Assembly (NCBI GenBank): GCA_000708835.1 | Contig: DF237043.1 | Span: 124,001 to 188,000, forward strand | DNA from: Klebsormidium nitens | Lineage: Eukaryota; Plantae; Klebsormidiophyceae | Reading direction: 5' to 3' | Length of the DNA stretch: 64,000 nt | Part shown: one piece after another, positions 32,745 through 48,700 of the stretch | Position numbering within the stretch: the first letter of the stretch is position 1 | How the letters are laid out: each line of letters begins with the position of its first letter | Notes under the pieces: model-generated | Databases searched by the model: none | What the model saw: the letters and a program-made list of their open reading frames with translations, nothing else | What the model was told of the DNA's origin: nothing | Program-made: the position numbers and the translations under genes

Positions 32745-35700
32745 ATGGCCAGCGAGAAGGTCAGCAGTGGGGCCTTGGCTGCAGGAGCTGGTGCACCAGC
32801 TCACCACGTGCCTGGAGGGGAGGGCTTCCGCAACCCTTGGCCTTCGTTCAATCAAAAGCAGGGACTGCTTGTGTTTGGAAAGCTCATGCTTCAGGTGAGG
32901 CTGCGTGATTCCTGCATCAGAAGACAGCCTGCATCTTTGATTCCACGCAAGCATCGCGTCTTCTGTGGAGGCAGAGGCTGATTAGCTGCTGGTTCCTGTC
33001 TTCTGATGGCAGAGATGACTTGTCAGCTGCTCTTTTCTTCTAGCTTACAATCTGACCAGTGCATTGAGAAAATGGAAGGGGGCTTCTAATCCATCAAGAT
33101 TTGTGCAACTCCAATCTGCACCCCAACTTGTATCTTGGTTCCATCTAGATTATCGATTCAGTGCTTTTTTACGTTTTCCTTCTCTACTCTCAACAGGATT
33201 GGAACAGTAAAACTGCCAAGGTCACCACAGACATGGTCAAAGCCCTGCAACCTGTGGAGCCCGACCTTGAAAAGATTATTGCTCCTCCAAACAACAAGAT
33301 TCAGCTTACTTGGATAGGTGAGTGGTGCCAATCATCAGGCGGCTCCGCCATCTTGCTCAGCGACTCCACTTGGCTCGCCCGGTCCCACAAGCGTGTGTCT
33401 CGTCCTTTTCTTACCACGTGCATGTTTGGAAGTGAGGGCAGAGAGATCTGTTGGAGCATATGATAGAACACAAATCAAGTATGCCCGCTACATTGAGCTT
33501 GCTTTGTTATCAACTAGTAGTCAAGGTGGTAGATTCAACTCCACCACTTATCAACTCCTATTCTCTTCAATCTTCACAGGACATGCGACATATCTGATGC
33601 AAATGGAGGGCCTGACAATCCTGACAGATCCAGTCTGGGGGGACCGTTGCTCTCCCTCAAAGTGGTTTGGACCTAAAAGGTAAGGAGTCTCGACTTGTGG
33701 TTCTGTAAAGTGAGTACTACTTGTACTGTGTTGCAGCGAAAATACAATGAGATCTGAGTAGGATTCTCAGTGGTTGGATTCCAAATGCATTCTGATATCA
33801 TGCTTCAGACTCATCCGCAAACTAAGCGTTTGCTTAGCGTTGCAAGCAATTGCAAACTTGATCAGGGTTTCCGTTCTGTTTCGAGCTTGCAGATCAGCTC
33901 CGTTCTTACGATGGCTCTTGCCGTCAATACCTTTCTGGCTCTCCCATTGCAGGCATGTGCAACCCCCTCTCCCTCTCAGCAAGCTCCCAGAAGTGGACGT
34001 CATCTTGATCTCTCACAACCACTACGACCATCTCGATGTGGACACAATCAAGACCATGGGAAACAAGCCCTTGTACCTCGTTCCCCTGGGCTTGAAGAAG
34101 TTCTTCACTGATCTGGGTATCAGCAACGTGGTGGAGCTCGACTGGTGGCAAGAGAAGAAGCTCACCTCCAAGGGAGTCGAAATAACTGCCACCTGCACCC
34201 CGGCCCAGCACTTCTCGTCAAGGACCGCTTTTGACAGGAATAAGGTGAGCAGAAGTGAGCTGAATTGGGCATACGTTTTCCTCTTCCCTCTCTTTCCTCA
34301 TGATCGTGAAGAGGTCTGTGCAAAGCTCGTTTCACCATTATACTACTGTTCAGTTATCACTTTAGAAGTGATTCGGCTCGTTCTCTCTGGCTTATGATTG
34401 TCCAGGATTCACTCCGTCGCTGTGTGAATAGGTTTGCCGTTCTGGATTCATTGTCACCAGTCAAGGATCAAGAAGGTGTCACATCTGCCCTCCAATCCGT
34501 TATTAGCATGACTGCGAGGAAACTCTTCTCTCGGTCACCGTCACTTCTCAACGTTTAAGACATGCTTCTGCAGACGCTGTGGTGCTCCTGGGTAGTCCGA
34601 GGGCCCAAAAGACGTGTCTGGTTTGGGGGAGACACGGGTTATCGGTCTGTGCCAAAGGAACGAACGACCACGAGTGATCCGCCTCACGTGCAGAACGGTA
34701 AGCAAAACTTCCTTACATGCAGGACGAGGACGGATTTTGAGACTTTTTCTGGTGGCTTGAAAATCACATCTGGAGAATCATTTCCTTACTGAATATTGTC
34801 CTTTATATAAGTTCGTCGTGTACGTTCTACGGAACTCTGCCGCCCTCAACTTACATCCACTTCCAATCTGAGATGAAGTTTGTTCTCAGTCTTGCGCAAA
34901 GCCATCCTTCACGCTTTGGCTGCCGAAATTTGTTCTCTGCCGTAACATCGCCCCGTTTTTCAGAATAGTAAGATAAAAAGTAAGATGAAAAGTAACGGTC
35001 GAATCTAACGGCGGTTCCACGGACTGCAGAGGGTCTTCCCGTCTGCCCTGCCTTTGCGGAGATCGGCGAGCGGTATGGCCCCTTCGACGTGGCGCTTATC
35101 CCAATTGGTGCCTACGGACCTCGCTGGTTCATGAGCGCTGTGCACTGCTCCCCAGGTACGTGTACACGGGTCACCACCAGTCTCCTTTTTGTTGCATGCT
35201 CAAGCTCTTCTCGTTGCGTGCTTAACGGTTTCTCCGAACACCACCCGCACTATGTCGCTCAACATGGTATTGACCTCTGGCAAAATGTTTTGCGCATCTT
35301 TCAAGACAGTTGAAAGTTAGAAGAGGAGCGAATTCTTGCACACGTCCAATAATACAGGGTTTGATAAGCATGTTTCGAATAAGGATTGCGCATCGGAGCT
35401 TCAGACACGTCAACCTGATAGCTCCTCATGTCCCGTATGCGTGTATCTTGAACCTGTCTGTTCTAATACAGAGGACGCTGTCGCAGTCCACGTGGACGTC
35501 AAGTCGAAGCAATCGGTAGCGATGCACTGGGGCACCTTTTCCTTGACGGACGAGCCGCTCTTGGAGCCTCCAGTACGACTAAGCAAGGTGAGATGTAGGG
35601 CTGTCCGCGCAAAGTGCGGGGTCCCGTCAAGATGTTCACAACGCAACTGCTAGTCAGAATAGGACATGTGCGCCTCGTCAAGTAACTACTGCAATCTGCT

Positions 35701-36002
35701 TGTTTCGTAAACTGCATTCGTGCTGACAGCCTATGATAGCGTACGAAGGACGACCCTCGCTTTTCCAGTCCTTACGAGTCCTTTGCTCCGTCTCATGGCG
35801 CTTCTGAAAACTGTGAAGAATGTTGAAAGATAACGAATCAGTACGCTTTCTCTTCGTGCTTTGCGCAGGTCTCCATGTCTGGGCATCACAAATGGATCCT
35901 AACCCCCGCTCGTTGCCCATACTGCAGGAACTGCAAAGGCTGAGGATTGAGCCAGAGTCGTTCATTGCGTTGAGACACGGGGAAACTCGTCAATTCGTTT
36001 GA
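32745..36002 (+). CDS. N-acyl-phosphatidylethanolamine phospholipase D-like metallo-beta-lactamase-fold hydrolase
   Basis: Exons 32745-32894, 33197-33317, 33580-33679, 33953-34244, 34574-34697, 35030-35155, 35472-35587, 35928-36002. Motifs: [33 protein letters not shown] (HxHxDH), [38 protein letters not shown]. Confidence 0.92.
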
Positions 36003-36922
36003 TAGCTCAAAATGAAACTTGCACCTGGCTATGTAAATACGGGGTCCTTCGTTCCTGACGTGCATGTTAGTAATATTGGTTGATCACAGTCTTACTTCTT
36101 GATTTATGAAGGAGGTTGTCTGCATCGTATGCTCGAAAGGCTTTTTTGAAAGCGCATGCTTCGACGAAAAGCGCCCCTGGATGGACCTGACATGGCTTAA
36201 TTTTAAACATATGTTTGTAAAGGGCTCTTGAGCAAGACCGACAGAAAGCTTCGGAAGAGCATAGGAGTACTTCTGACCAAGGGTTGAACGTTGAGAGGAT
36301 TTGCCCTGCTTCTTCGTGCCTCTTAAAGCTGTACATTGTCGCTGGTGACGCTTTGATTTTGACCCGGAAGTTGTAAGACGCAGTATGGTCACATGGGTAG
36401 AGCGGTTGTAGCGGGCGTTGTAGCTTGTTCCTTATTACTATGGATGTAGCACGTGGGCCTAATTTGCCGTTTGGGTGCTACATAACACTTGAAGGCCATA
36501 TGCTGGCATGTCGATTGATGCATGCCAGCCGAACGCATCATGTCTCTGGTCAAGTTTCTTATGATTTTACATGGCCTTGCCGACTGAGAGTTGGGCGCAT
36601 TACCGTAAACTAATTGACGTACCGTATAGTCTCCAATTCGCGTGCTCTCTTCAGTGCGAGTTAGTGGGTGGGAACGGTACTATATGCAAGGCGTAGTCCA
36701 TTTTGTGTTAATGGTCAAATGAGGGCGACCACGGCGTTAACTTGAAGTCTCGTCCTAGTTGTGAATCTTGGGCAGAATCTCTCTTCTTTGTGAGATTGCA
36801 CCAGTTGTTTTGCATGAATTCGGCATTGGACTTGCATGGGACATTATTTTTGTAAGGGAACAGCATTGTCAACATTCAATTGTCCCCTTTCACCCTACAG
36901 ATCTACAGCGCACGCAGCCACA

Positions 36923-41261
<4,339 letters not shown>

Positions 41262-42226
41262 AAAGAGGTTTGCCATTAAGATTTTTGATATGCGGGGCCG
41301 AGTGTCAAGCTTTTATTGGAGCAGCTTTATTTCGTGGGCCTGCCTCGAGGAGGAGTGTGCTATGAGGCTTGCTTTCTAGTGGCGAGTTCAAAACGCGGTT
41401 ATGACCAAGAACTCTTACTTACACCCTTTGATTGAAATTTGACTCCCAAAATACCACGTATGTCCGGCTTTCTCAAGTGACTGACCTCTCTACATGCTAC
41501 ATGCTATCTGGGGCTTGAGTTCTCATAATAAGTCAGTCAAGCGACTCGACTGCGAGTTTCTACTACCTCAGACCGTTCTGCACTACTAGGCTAGCATATG
41601 CATTTTCATCATGTTCTGGTGCAATTTGTGTCAGCCGATAACTTAAGCTGCGCGCAAGCCGCATGCTTGGCACATTCACAATAATAGTAGAGCGTGTGGA
41701 AGCGTTCCGATTTCCGGGCTGCAATACCATGCTGGCAGAATGTTTCAAGATGACGCTGATCTTCAAATCAGAGGGGCCCTTATCGCAGACTAGCTTACGA
41801 ACTTAGCCGACTCCCGGCCCATGGCGGTATTCGGTGCACAATGAATATATATTATGACCGCAGCCCGGCCCGTGAGAGCTGCGCATGCCGCACTGACAAG
41901 CCAGCTCTAGCCAGCGGTCGCGAGCCAGTGGGCCGGCACTGCGTTGCAGTGCAGCCTCATGCAGCCTGGGTATACTATAGCGCCAGGCCGCGGCTGGCCC
42001 GCGCGCGGCGCTCAGTCCGAGTCACTGAGCTCTGAGTGGCCGCGGGAGTACCGTCATATGCGTACGCGTGACTATGCATGCCATACCTATGCACATGCAG
42101 ATTGGCTTGCCGCCGCGGCCGGCCATGCTAGCCCCGGCTCTTTTGCTTGCGGCGGCCGGCCGCGCTCATTGCTTAAAACCCATCGTTTGCAGAGCCGATG
42201 CCTACAACCGTCGATTTGGACAAGGT

Positions 42227-42411
42227 TTCTTGAAGAATCCGCCAGATACTTTCAACGACGTCGATATAGGAGCCTGGAATCTCATAGACACTTCTAGAAC
42301 CGTCGATTCCACTGCCACGCGCTTCTGTCGTAACTAGCTTCTTTGCACCGTCCGATAGAGGTCGACATTATAATTGACGGCTGAGAAGCCCGCTGGCTCG
42401 AACCTTCTCGC
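42227..42411 (+). promoter_or_regulatory. Heat-shock elements (inverted nGAAn repeats) upstream of the small HSP gene
   Basis: TTCttGAA at 42227-42234; a degenerate six-unit run gGAAtcTCAtaGACacTTCtaGAAccGTC at ~42277-42305; GAAccTTCtcGCA at 42400-42411. All lie 250-440 bp upstream of the ATG at 42663. Confidence 0.65.
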
Positions 42412-42662
42412 ACTTTCTTGCATGATGCACGCCAGGTTTGCCATTATGCAGCAAGCTGCAAGGCTGCAAGCATGCAAAACTGTGAAAATGCAAACCCGCT
42501 GGCTACCAGGGGAGCACTACAAATACGCTGCATTGCAGCTTCCATTTTCAATCCAAGCAATTCAGCAACCAGCGCTTTCAACAGCTCTCACGCGCACAAA
42601 CGCTTCCAGCTTCCATCAACAGTTCTGTCATCAGTAAGCTTCCCTTCCTGTCTCTCAGCACC

Positions 42663-44295
42663 ATGGCTCTCACTCCGTGGCTCGTTTCCCGCGACCCCTT
42701 CTTCACTGACCCCTTCAGCATCCTGGACAACTTCAGCACCAACTTTGACTCGTCGCTTACGCCGCAACAGGGCAGGGGCAGCGAGGGCGCTAGGCGCGTT
42801 ACAGCATTCGCAAGGGCGCCGGTGGATGTGAGAGAGAAGGAGGACCAGTACATCTTTGAGGCGGACTTGCCAGGTGAGTGAACAATTCAACTGAAGAGTG
42901 AAATTGGTGGAATAAAAAGCGGGTGGTTTTGTTAGAGGTGTGCCAGCATTGCTTTGAAGGTGGTGCTAGTGATGAAGGAACAGGTGTTTGTCTTCGACGA
43001 AAGCCATTGCTCTGCTGGAAATTTGGGAAGTTCCTAGTTGATGCTTGGGAAGTCTTATGGATGGTGCTTGAGAGGAGCTGAGATAGTTGCTTGACGAACT
43101 GCCTTAGGGGCTCAAGAAATGAAGGTGGAAGCAGCTTGTAGCAACGGCAGGACTTGTTGAAAGGTTGCCTTGAAAGCTTCTCTGAAAAGGTTTGGTCGAC
43201 GTCACAGTGTTCCCCAAGCTGTGGTTGGTCAGTGTTCTGTGGGTTTGTTAGACGGAGTTTAGCTCCTTAGGCGGAGTTCAGCTCCTGAGGGGCAAATGTG
43301 GTGTGTCCTCGTTATGTGAGTGTCATGCTATACGAGTGAAAGTTTGAAGTTCCTTATTGCTTCTTGTGTGCTTCTTGTCAAGCTCAAGATTCTGACATTG
43401 ATTCTTTTGATCTTGCAGGGTTGACCAAGGACGAGGTCAAGGTGCAGTTGGAGGAGGACGGCAAGGTCTTGGCCATCTCAGGAGAGCGGAAGCACAACTT
43501 TGAGGAGAAGAAGGAGGGCCAGAACTATCACAGGTGAGTTCATCCCAGCTGAAACAGACTGCTCTTCTCCTTTGCAGCTGTATTATAAAGTGGATCAAAG
43601 TTGGTTGCCCTTTGCAGAACCTCTGCTTATCATCATCTGCCTTCGTCTGTCCTTGCACTCTGCGTGTTTAAAGGATTTCCTTCAATGAGTCTCGTGGGAC
43701 TAGTGGTCCCAGTGCATTTTAGAGGAGGAGCAACTACGAGACCTGCCTTTTGATCAGTTTCAATCCTTTTCATAGAGCACAGTGTGAAATTTTTAGGGGC
43801 AACACAAGTTGGGATGTTGCGGCTGACTTTGGCGCGCCAGGCATTCGATTCATCTCTGTTCTGGTTATCGTCTCGTTTGAGCTGCAATTTCCAGTTGTCC
43901 AGCCGAGTTTTGACTCATATCCGTCATGTCCATATCTCTTTTCAGCTTCTCTGTTGCTCTGATGAGGGTCATGCAAAGCCTAGTACCGTTGTTAATCCTG
44001 GTGGCACTCTGTAGAAAAGATTGTCTATTCTAACTTTCTGCGGCGCTTGTTGAATTGCTGGTCTGAGCTGCATCCTCCTTCAGCTGCCTGCTTCTGATAG
44101 CGACTTTGAACTCTTTCGTCCTTGTATCTTTGCAGGATTGAGAGGTCGTACGGCAAGTTTGAGCGCCGCTTCCGTCTGCCCGACAACGCCAATCCGAGCG
44201 ACATCAAGGCCGCAGCCAAGGACGGTGTTCTCACGATCGCCATCGCCAAGCAGAAGCCCAAGGAGAACAAGACCGTGGACGTGCAGATTCACTAG
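42663..44295 (+). CDS. Small heat-shock protein (HSP20/alpha-crystallin domain), ~160 aa
   Basis: Exons 42663-42873, 43419-43533, 44136-44295. Sequence [44 protein letters not shown]...HRIERSYGKFERRFRLPDNANPSDIKAAAKDGVLTIAIAK matches the plant cytosolic sHSP consensus. Confidence 0.95.
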
Positions 44296-45755
44296 ATAGT
44301 CACTGCTCTGAGAGTCTACAGCATGATAAGATAATAGGGATCATATAAGAGACTCTTGATGATTGCAGTGGTTGTCTCGCAGAGTCCAACGAACTAACCA
44401 GTCACGAGATGCGGGAACAGGAAGTTTTGCACCTATTTGCGGCATATCCATAGCAATGATGAGTATATAGACAAAGATTGTTTGTTGCATAAGCAGCATG
44501 AGACACTGAGCAGATAGCATAACAGATTGCCAGAGTAACCTGAGAGTGACCTAAATGAACCGTTGAACATAACCTATCATTTAATCAACTGTCAAAATTG
44601 TTTGTTAAGGTCTGACCGTTCCAGACTACCAAAGGGCCATCTTTTTGTCACAAGTTTGTGAAAATCAAATTTTCTCATACTGTGTCAAGAATTGCCTTTC
44701 TCCGATGCCAACAAAATTTCATCTTTGAAATATGAAGTGATGTGCACTGCTAGGATCACTCATTGCATTGCGCACGGCCGACAGTGTCTGTACTCCCAGC
44801 TCTCGAATAAATTGTGCAAGATAGTACTATAATTCAAGGATATCAGACCGTATTGCATGCGCATGAAAGTGTCATTAAGGCTGTACAATCAATCACCAGG
44901 GTTGAATTGGTAGCAGCGCAGCGCCTACGCTAACCTGCAATACGAATTGCACTGCAGAGCATCATATGACTGTCAGATATTCTGCGTGACAGGAACAGAC
45001 GTAGAGGAACATGCAGCGATGTTGTGTTGATGGCCGGCCGATATCATCATAGTATTGACCTAAACTGTACTAACGCAGATCATGTGCCCATGGTGCGCGC
45101 GTACGTGAATCGTTTATCCTGCATCTTCACGTCATCCATGACAGTGTATGTCAAGGCTAGCTCACCATGGCAGTTACGGCCACAATATATGATCGACAAT
45201 CAATATGAGTGTGCATACCCTAAGATTGCAAAACACGTACTAGGAAGCAACGATGCACGTACTTGTAACCGTCACCGGCTTATGTACCGTCAACATCAGG
45301 CTTATCCCGAAAGTTGAATCGCTTGCGTTCGCCCGGCCGGATCGATCGGCAGCTACTAGGAAACGATAATAAACCTAGCCTATGAAGCGCCGCGCTGCTG
45401 AGCAAGACCGTCTGCGCTGTAGCTACTTAAGCCACAAAGCCAGCTAGCAGCTGAATACGACATGCGTGGCATGGCAACTCTGGGCAGGACACGTCCGATC
45501 TAAAATGCGGAACTGTAAGTTGCAAACATGTATCCACGTACGTTAGTACTGGTAAAAGCGCCAACCATGCAGTGGCGGCTTGGCCAATCCAACATAGGCG
45601 GGAAGCTATTGTCGATAAATTAGCACAACATGCAGATCAGTATGTTGGAAGATTTATGAGGGCCTTCAGTACAAGCATAAATCGTGTTTGAGAAAGTCAG
45701 GGCACCTGCGAATGCTTGGACGAAATGAAACTGCTTTCAACATAAATCACTGGAG

Positions 45756-48700
45756 TTACGTCCCAAGTCCAGCCGAATCCGGCCGGAAAGCCGTCTCCGC
45801 TAGATCGATCGCTCGCGCCATAGCCATTGATTTGTTTACCGTTTCTTGATACTCTAGCTCGGGGTTACTGTCCGCTACAATCCCGGCCCCCGCTTGCAAA
45901 TGCACGACCCACTCTCGCCTCGGCACTTCCCCCCGGTAGTCGTACAATGTGTCGTGCGCAAACGTGGGGATGACCATCGTGCGCAGGGCCAGAGCGATGT
46001 CCATATCCCTGCAGAAAAGCAAGCCGTCGATATTATTGATGAGTTTGTAAACAACTCAAGCTTGTGCCCCACAAAGCATTCATGAGGGAGTCATCGAGAG
46101 AATGTCATCGATCTGAAAAGTGAAAAGATACTGTCGAAGAATTCAACGAGCAGAGTTTGACGGCTCTAGAGGGACGTGACTGTTGGTTGAAGGCTCTAGA
46201 TGACGTGCCCGGGTGCCTGGGTGCTCTTAGGGAAAAGTCAATGGGCTGTCTAAAGTGATGAACAAATCCAATAGGGTTCCTGTCTCAGTATCGGCCACCA
46301 AACATCAAACGGGAAGCAGTAACTCCGTACACATGAGAAGGTTCGAGGGCCTGCACTTGTTCCACCCCCGAAATCAAATCGATCCGTCTTTCAGGTTTTG
46401 CTGTGAGGCGAGAAAAGGACGGAAGAGAAAAATTGGTGCCACTCACCCTGTGAAGGACACCATGCCGATCCCTCCGCTGTACGGCCCTCTTCGCGCCACC
46501 TCTAGTTCGTCGATCAACTCCATGGCACGCACCTGCGACACAGAAGGGACGTCGGTCAGCTAAGTCCATATAACAGAAAGTTTGTCCACATATTGCCTAC
46601 TTCTTGCAGACAGCGATGCTTGCTTTCTGCCCGTATTCCCTGGTGTGATTGTAGCAAACATTACGCCTGAGAAAGAGCTTCTTGGCTTGTCCAACGCACA
46701 AGAGTATGTCCCTGAAAGCCCGTCCCAGCCTTGCATCTCGGAGGCTTCTTCTCACCTTCTATCACCTCTGGTATCATACAATTACAAAGCCGTCAGCAGC
46801 CGATTTTCGGCGGCCCCCTAACGGTACCGCGAATGAAAAGCTTCTGATCTTACACAAAGCGGACCCTTCGAAACCCACACCCGCGCCCCGTACCTTTGGC
46901 GCGCCACTGACGGTCCCGACCGGCAGCGTGGCTTTGAGCGCGTCCCAGGAGGTGAGGTCCTCCTTGAGCTCCCCGGTGACCGTGCTGCTGATGTGCATCA
47001 CGTGGCTGTACCGCTCGATCTTCATCAGCGCCTCCACCTTCACCGAACCAGCTTTCGACACCTGGCGCGCAGAGAGAGGGGTCACAGATGAACTCTTTCG
47101 GACGGTCAAACCTCCAGAAAACAAGGATTCGGCCAGTCACCTGGTGTGCGCTGGTGGAGAATTCTCGAGAGGGCGTGTCATCGGGACGGTCCAAAATGTC
47201 AGCGCTTGTCACCATCATAGAGGCTTGCTTTGGAAACAAACCCCGGCGCTCGGCGACATCAAAGCAGACCAGAGCGCTGGGCAGTCGCTCCCCGACGCAA
47301 CTCGGAGTCTTCTGTGTATGCCCTTTTCAAACGACGGCAACGCTCAACAAACCTGGGGGAAAGGATATATAAACGACGTGAAAGATGAGTTGGATGTTCA
47401 GAAAGAAGAGCTGCGGCTACAGGTACCAACACTCCACCAACGGCCTCCAAACGGTCACAGGCGCCGCGCCACCTTGCGACGCTCTTCACCCTTACAATCA
47501 CCAATTAAATTTAGCTCATGATCCGTAACCAGAAAAAGACTTCCAACCCAAGTAGAGGTAACGGCTGCCTCCCACACTAGCAAAGTTTTTAGCCCCCTAC
47601 GTTTAGATGAACGCGCTGTGAGCTCAATGTAAGAAGCAACGTTCAAACCCCGTTTGCGCCCCACCTTGCCGACGTCATTCCTGCCCAGGTCCACCAGCAT
47701 GACGTGCTCCGCGCGCTCCTTCTCGTCCGCCAGCAACTCGTCCTCCAAGGCCTGGTCCTCCATCTCCGTCGCGCCCCGTCGCCGCGTGCCCGCCAGCGGC
47801 CGGTTCACCACCTTCCTCTGCAAACATGAGACGTCGTTCTCAGCACCGCTTTGCAAGCTCTGTTCTCAAAACCAGTCCACCAAGCCGATGCGCTGCTTCT
47901 GATGCTTGGAAGTCATCATGCACACCTCCAAGACGCTTTGCAAAAGACTCAGGCTTCTCAGTCGCACTGCAAGAACCTTGCAAAACGCCCAAGGCGTGTG
48001 GCATGAGCGCTAACAGTTCCTAACGCTGGAGAGGTTCTCGGAGCTGAACGTGACAGGAAGGAAGATCCCGGTTTGCGCAGCACTACTGGATTGTCTGCGA
48101 GGTACTTCGCTATGAGGCTAATATGCTTCCAAGACTCCAATTCCAAAATGTCTTGCTTTCGTAGAAGGTCGCCGAGTTTATCAGTCATCGCTTACGTCCG
48201 TGATCCGGCAGAGGATCTCGGGGCTGGACGCAACAAGAATGGCGCCCCGCGCCTGGAGATAGATCATGTAGGGGGAGGGGTTCACGATGCGCAGTGCGCG
48301 GTAGATCTCGTACGGGTCCGCAAAAGTGCGCCGCTCAAAACGTTGGCTTAGCACGATCTGAAAGATGTCGCCTGCCAGTATGTGCTCCTTCGCGTCCTCG
48401 ATTGCCGCAATGAAGTCGCTCCTAGGGATAGAAGGCAAGACTTTGAAGAATTTGGCAAGGCAGTACGACCCGGATGGAGGTAGCTTGGTGCGCTGCTCTG
48501 AACCTAACAGGTTGATCATTGTCGCCCGCCAGAAGATGCTCTTACTGGCAGCATGCAGTGCGTCGATAAGTGCGCTATTGACGAGGCACCTTTTCAATTT
48601 AGAAATGCTAACCCGTGAAATCGCCCCACCAAAAACCCGAGAACAAAAGCAGAGATTGAGAGCGATTCAGGGTGTCAGAATGCGCAACAGAGTATGCACG

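Noticed and set aside
33838-33857. Weak junction echoes in NAPE-PLD (15/20 at offset 107), TPI (~40011), DUF309 (~54186) and TIMELESS (~7295, ~8725, ~10272)
   Set aside because: They are too short or gapped to support individually without alignment statistics.
19430-36002. Possible sulfur-metabolism cluster (YeeE + tRNA-modifying MnmG + metallo-beta-lactamase)
   Set aside because: The MBL is NAPE-PLD type, not a persulfide dioxygenase, and no rhodanese or TusA is present. The adjacency is probably coincidental.
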